From positions 14,446,001 to 14,510,000 of the forward strand of contig CM075979.1 in NCBI GenBank assembly GCA_038087875.1: a DNA stretch of 64,000 nucleotides, written 5' to 3'. The notes below the pieces were generated by a model, which worked only from the letters and a program-made list of their open reading frames with translations, was not told the DNA's origin and did no database searches. Position 1 is the first letter of the stretch, and the number at the start of each line of letters is the position of its first letter. Source of the DNA: Malacoraja senta. Lineage: Eukaryota. The position numbers and the translations under genes are program-made. Below are positions 62,442 to 64,000 of the stretch, one piece after another.

Positions 62442-64000
62442 ATAGTAAGATACCAACCATCATGTCAACTTGACGGAATACACTGAATCTGTGACTGGAT
62501 ATATATTCAAATGCATGGAAGATGTGACCATCATCAAAAACATCACCACGAAGGCCAACAACAAACCCTGGTTCACCAGGGCGGTACGTGAGCTCCTGAG
62601 AGCACGGAATGCTGCTTTCAAGTCCGGGGACAAAGACGCCCTTAGTACTGCTAGGGCCAACTTGAACCGGGGCGTGAGAACAGCCAAGCATGTCTATGGA
62701 CAGAAAATTCAAGCACACTTCACAGACACTAAGGACCCCAAGCGCCTGTGGCAAGGCATCCAGTCTGTCACCGGCTACAGGCCAACACCCCCACCGTGCG
62801 AGGACAACACAGACTTCCTCAACACACTTAACACCTTCTTCAACCGGTTTGAGGAAGACAACACCACCACACCAACAAAAGCCCCTCCCTGCCCAGATCA
62901 TGAAACACTTCACCTGGACCCAGCTGATGTGCGGAGGACCCTACTCAAGGTGAACCCCAGAAAAGCTGCAGGTCCTGACAACATACCAAGCGTGTGCTCA
63001 GAGACTGTGCTGACCAACTCACAGATGTTCTCACGGACATCTACAACACCTCTCTGAGCCAAGCCATCATACCAGCTTGCTCCAAAGCCACCACCATCAT
63101 ACCGCTACCCAAGAAATCCCCAGCCTCAACACTGAACGATTACCGGCCCATAGCACTCACGTCCATCATGATGAAGTGCTTTGAAAGGTTGGTCAAGGCC
63201 CACATAACATCCAGTCTCCCCTCTACACTTGACCCATTCCAGTTTGCATACCGTCCCAACCGTTCCACTGATGATGCCATAGCAACAGCACTCCACCTAA
63301 GCCTGGCTCATCTGGAAAACAATAACAGTTACGTGCGGTTGCTGTTCATCGATTTCAGCTCCGCCTTCAACACAGTCATCCCCCAACACCTGGTGAATAA
63401 ACTCGGCGAAATAGGCATCAGCACCCCACTATGCAACTGGTTACTGGACTTCCCCACCGACAGACCACAGACAGTAAGAGTTGGCAAAAACTCATCAGAG
63501 ACGACCATCATGAACACCGGGGTCCCACAGGGATGTGTGCTGAGCCCTCTGTTGTTCACGCTGATGACACATGACTGTTGTGCCAAACACAATTCGAACC
63601 ACATCATCAAGTTCGAAGATGACACAACAGTGGTGGGCCTCATCAGCCACGATGACGACTCAGCCTAAAGAGAGGAGGTACAACAACTCATCAACTGGTG
63701 TGACATCAATAACCTTCAACTCAATGTCAATAAAACAAAAGAAATAACTGTGGACTTCAGGAAGAAACAGACAGCACACACCCCACTCACCATAAATGGC
63801 AGTGCAGTGGAGTCTGTGAAAAGCACCAAGTTCCTGGGAGTGCACATCACAGATGATCAGACATGGTCCACCAACACCATCTCCCTAGTCAAGAAAGCAC
63901 AGCAACGCCTCCACTTCCTTCGACGGATGAGGAGAGCCTACCTCCCCCCTTCTGCCCTCACCACTTTTTACAGGGGTGCCATTAAGAGCATTCTTACCAG
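62442..64000 (+). mobile_element. Rex1/Babar-like LINE RT region, disrupted, runs off the window
   Basis: ORFs 62470-63057 and 62994-63668 joined by a frameshift; [42 protein letters not shown] (degenerate FADD); premature stop at 63666. Confidence 0.93.

Noticed and set aside
61901-64000. Head-to-head Rex1-like pieces as a twin-priming inversion of one element
   Set aside because: The two pieces overlap in the homologous FY..IES.LT region but differ strongly in sequence (TAIVESVLT versus RGAIKSILT), so they are different families.

Overview
Repeat-rich vertebrate genomic DNA, intergenic or deep-intronic, almost certainly from an elasmobranch (skate/ray/shark), judged by HE1-type V-SINEs and their CR1/HER1 partner LINEs. 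I could not identify any intact host protein-coding gene; most ORFs in the track are transposon debris or microsatellite artefacts. The window is a mosaic of CR1, Rex1/Babar-like and RTE LINE pieces, tRNA-derived SINEs, Penelope-like element (PLE) fragments with a GIY-YIG domain, a Tc1 remnant, and many non-autonomous DNA transposons. There are three N-gaps. Main points: (1) More than 20 minimal hammerhead-ribozyme motifs (CTGAAGAAGGGTCTCGACCCGAAACGTC) sit in PLE terminal repeats. Several are in short fold-back units that carry a motif on each strand and are flanked by 13-15 bp target-site duplications (TSDs). (2) A CAGGG-ended DNA transposon carries a TDP2-like first coding exon with ATG and splice donor, present in two diverged copies. 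(3) Eight Harbinger-type MITEs share one terminal inverted repeat (TIR) but mostly have unrelated interiors. (4) Two TIR elements have unusual 5-bp and 7-bp TSDs. (5) A short non-autonomous RTE derivative occurs together with the 3' end of its likely autonomous partner. Family names come from recalled motifs, not database searches. Boundaries are approximate unless a TSD is quoted.
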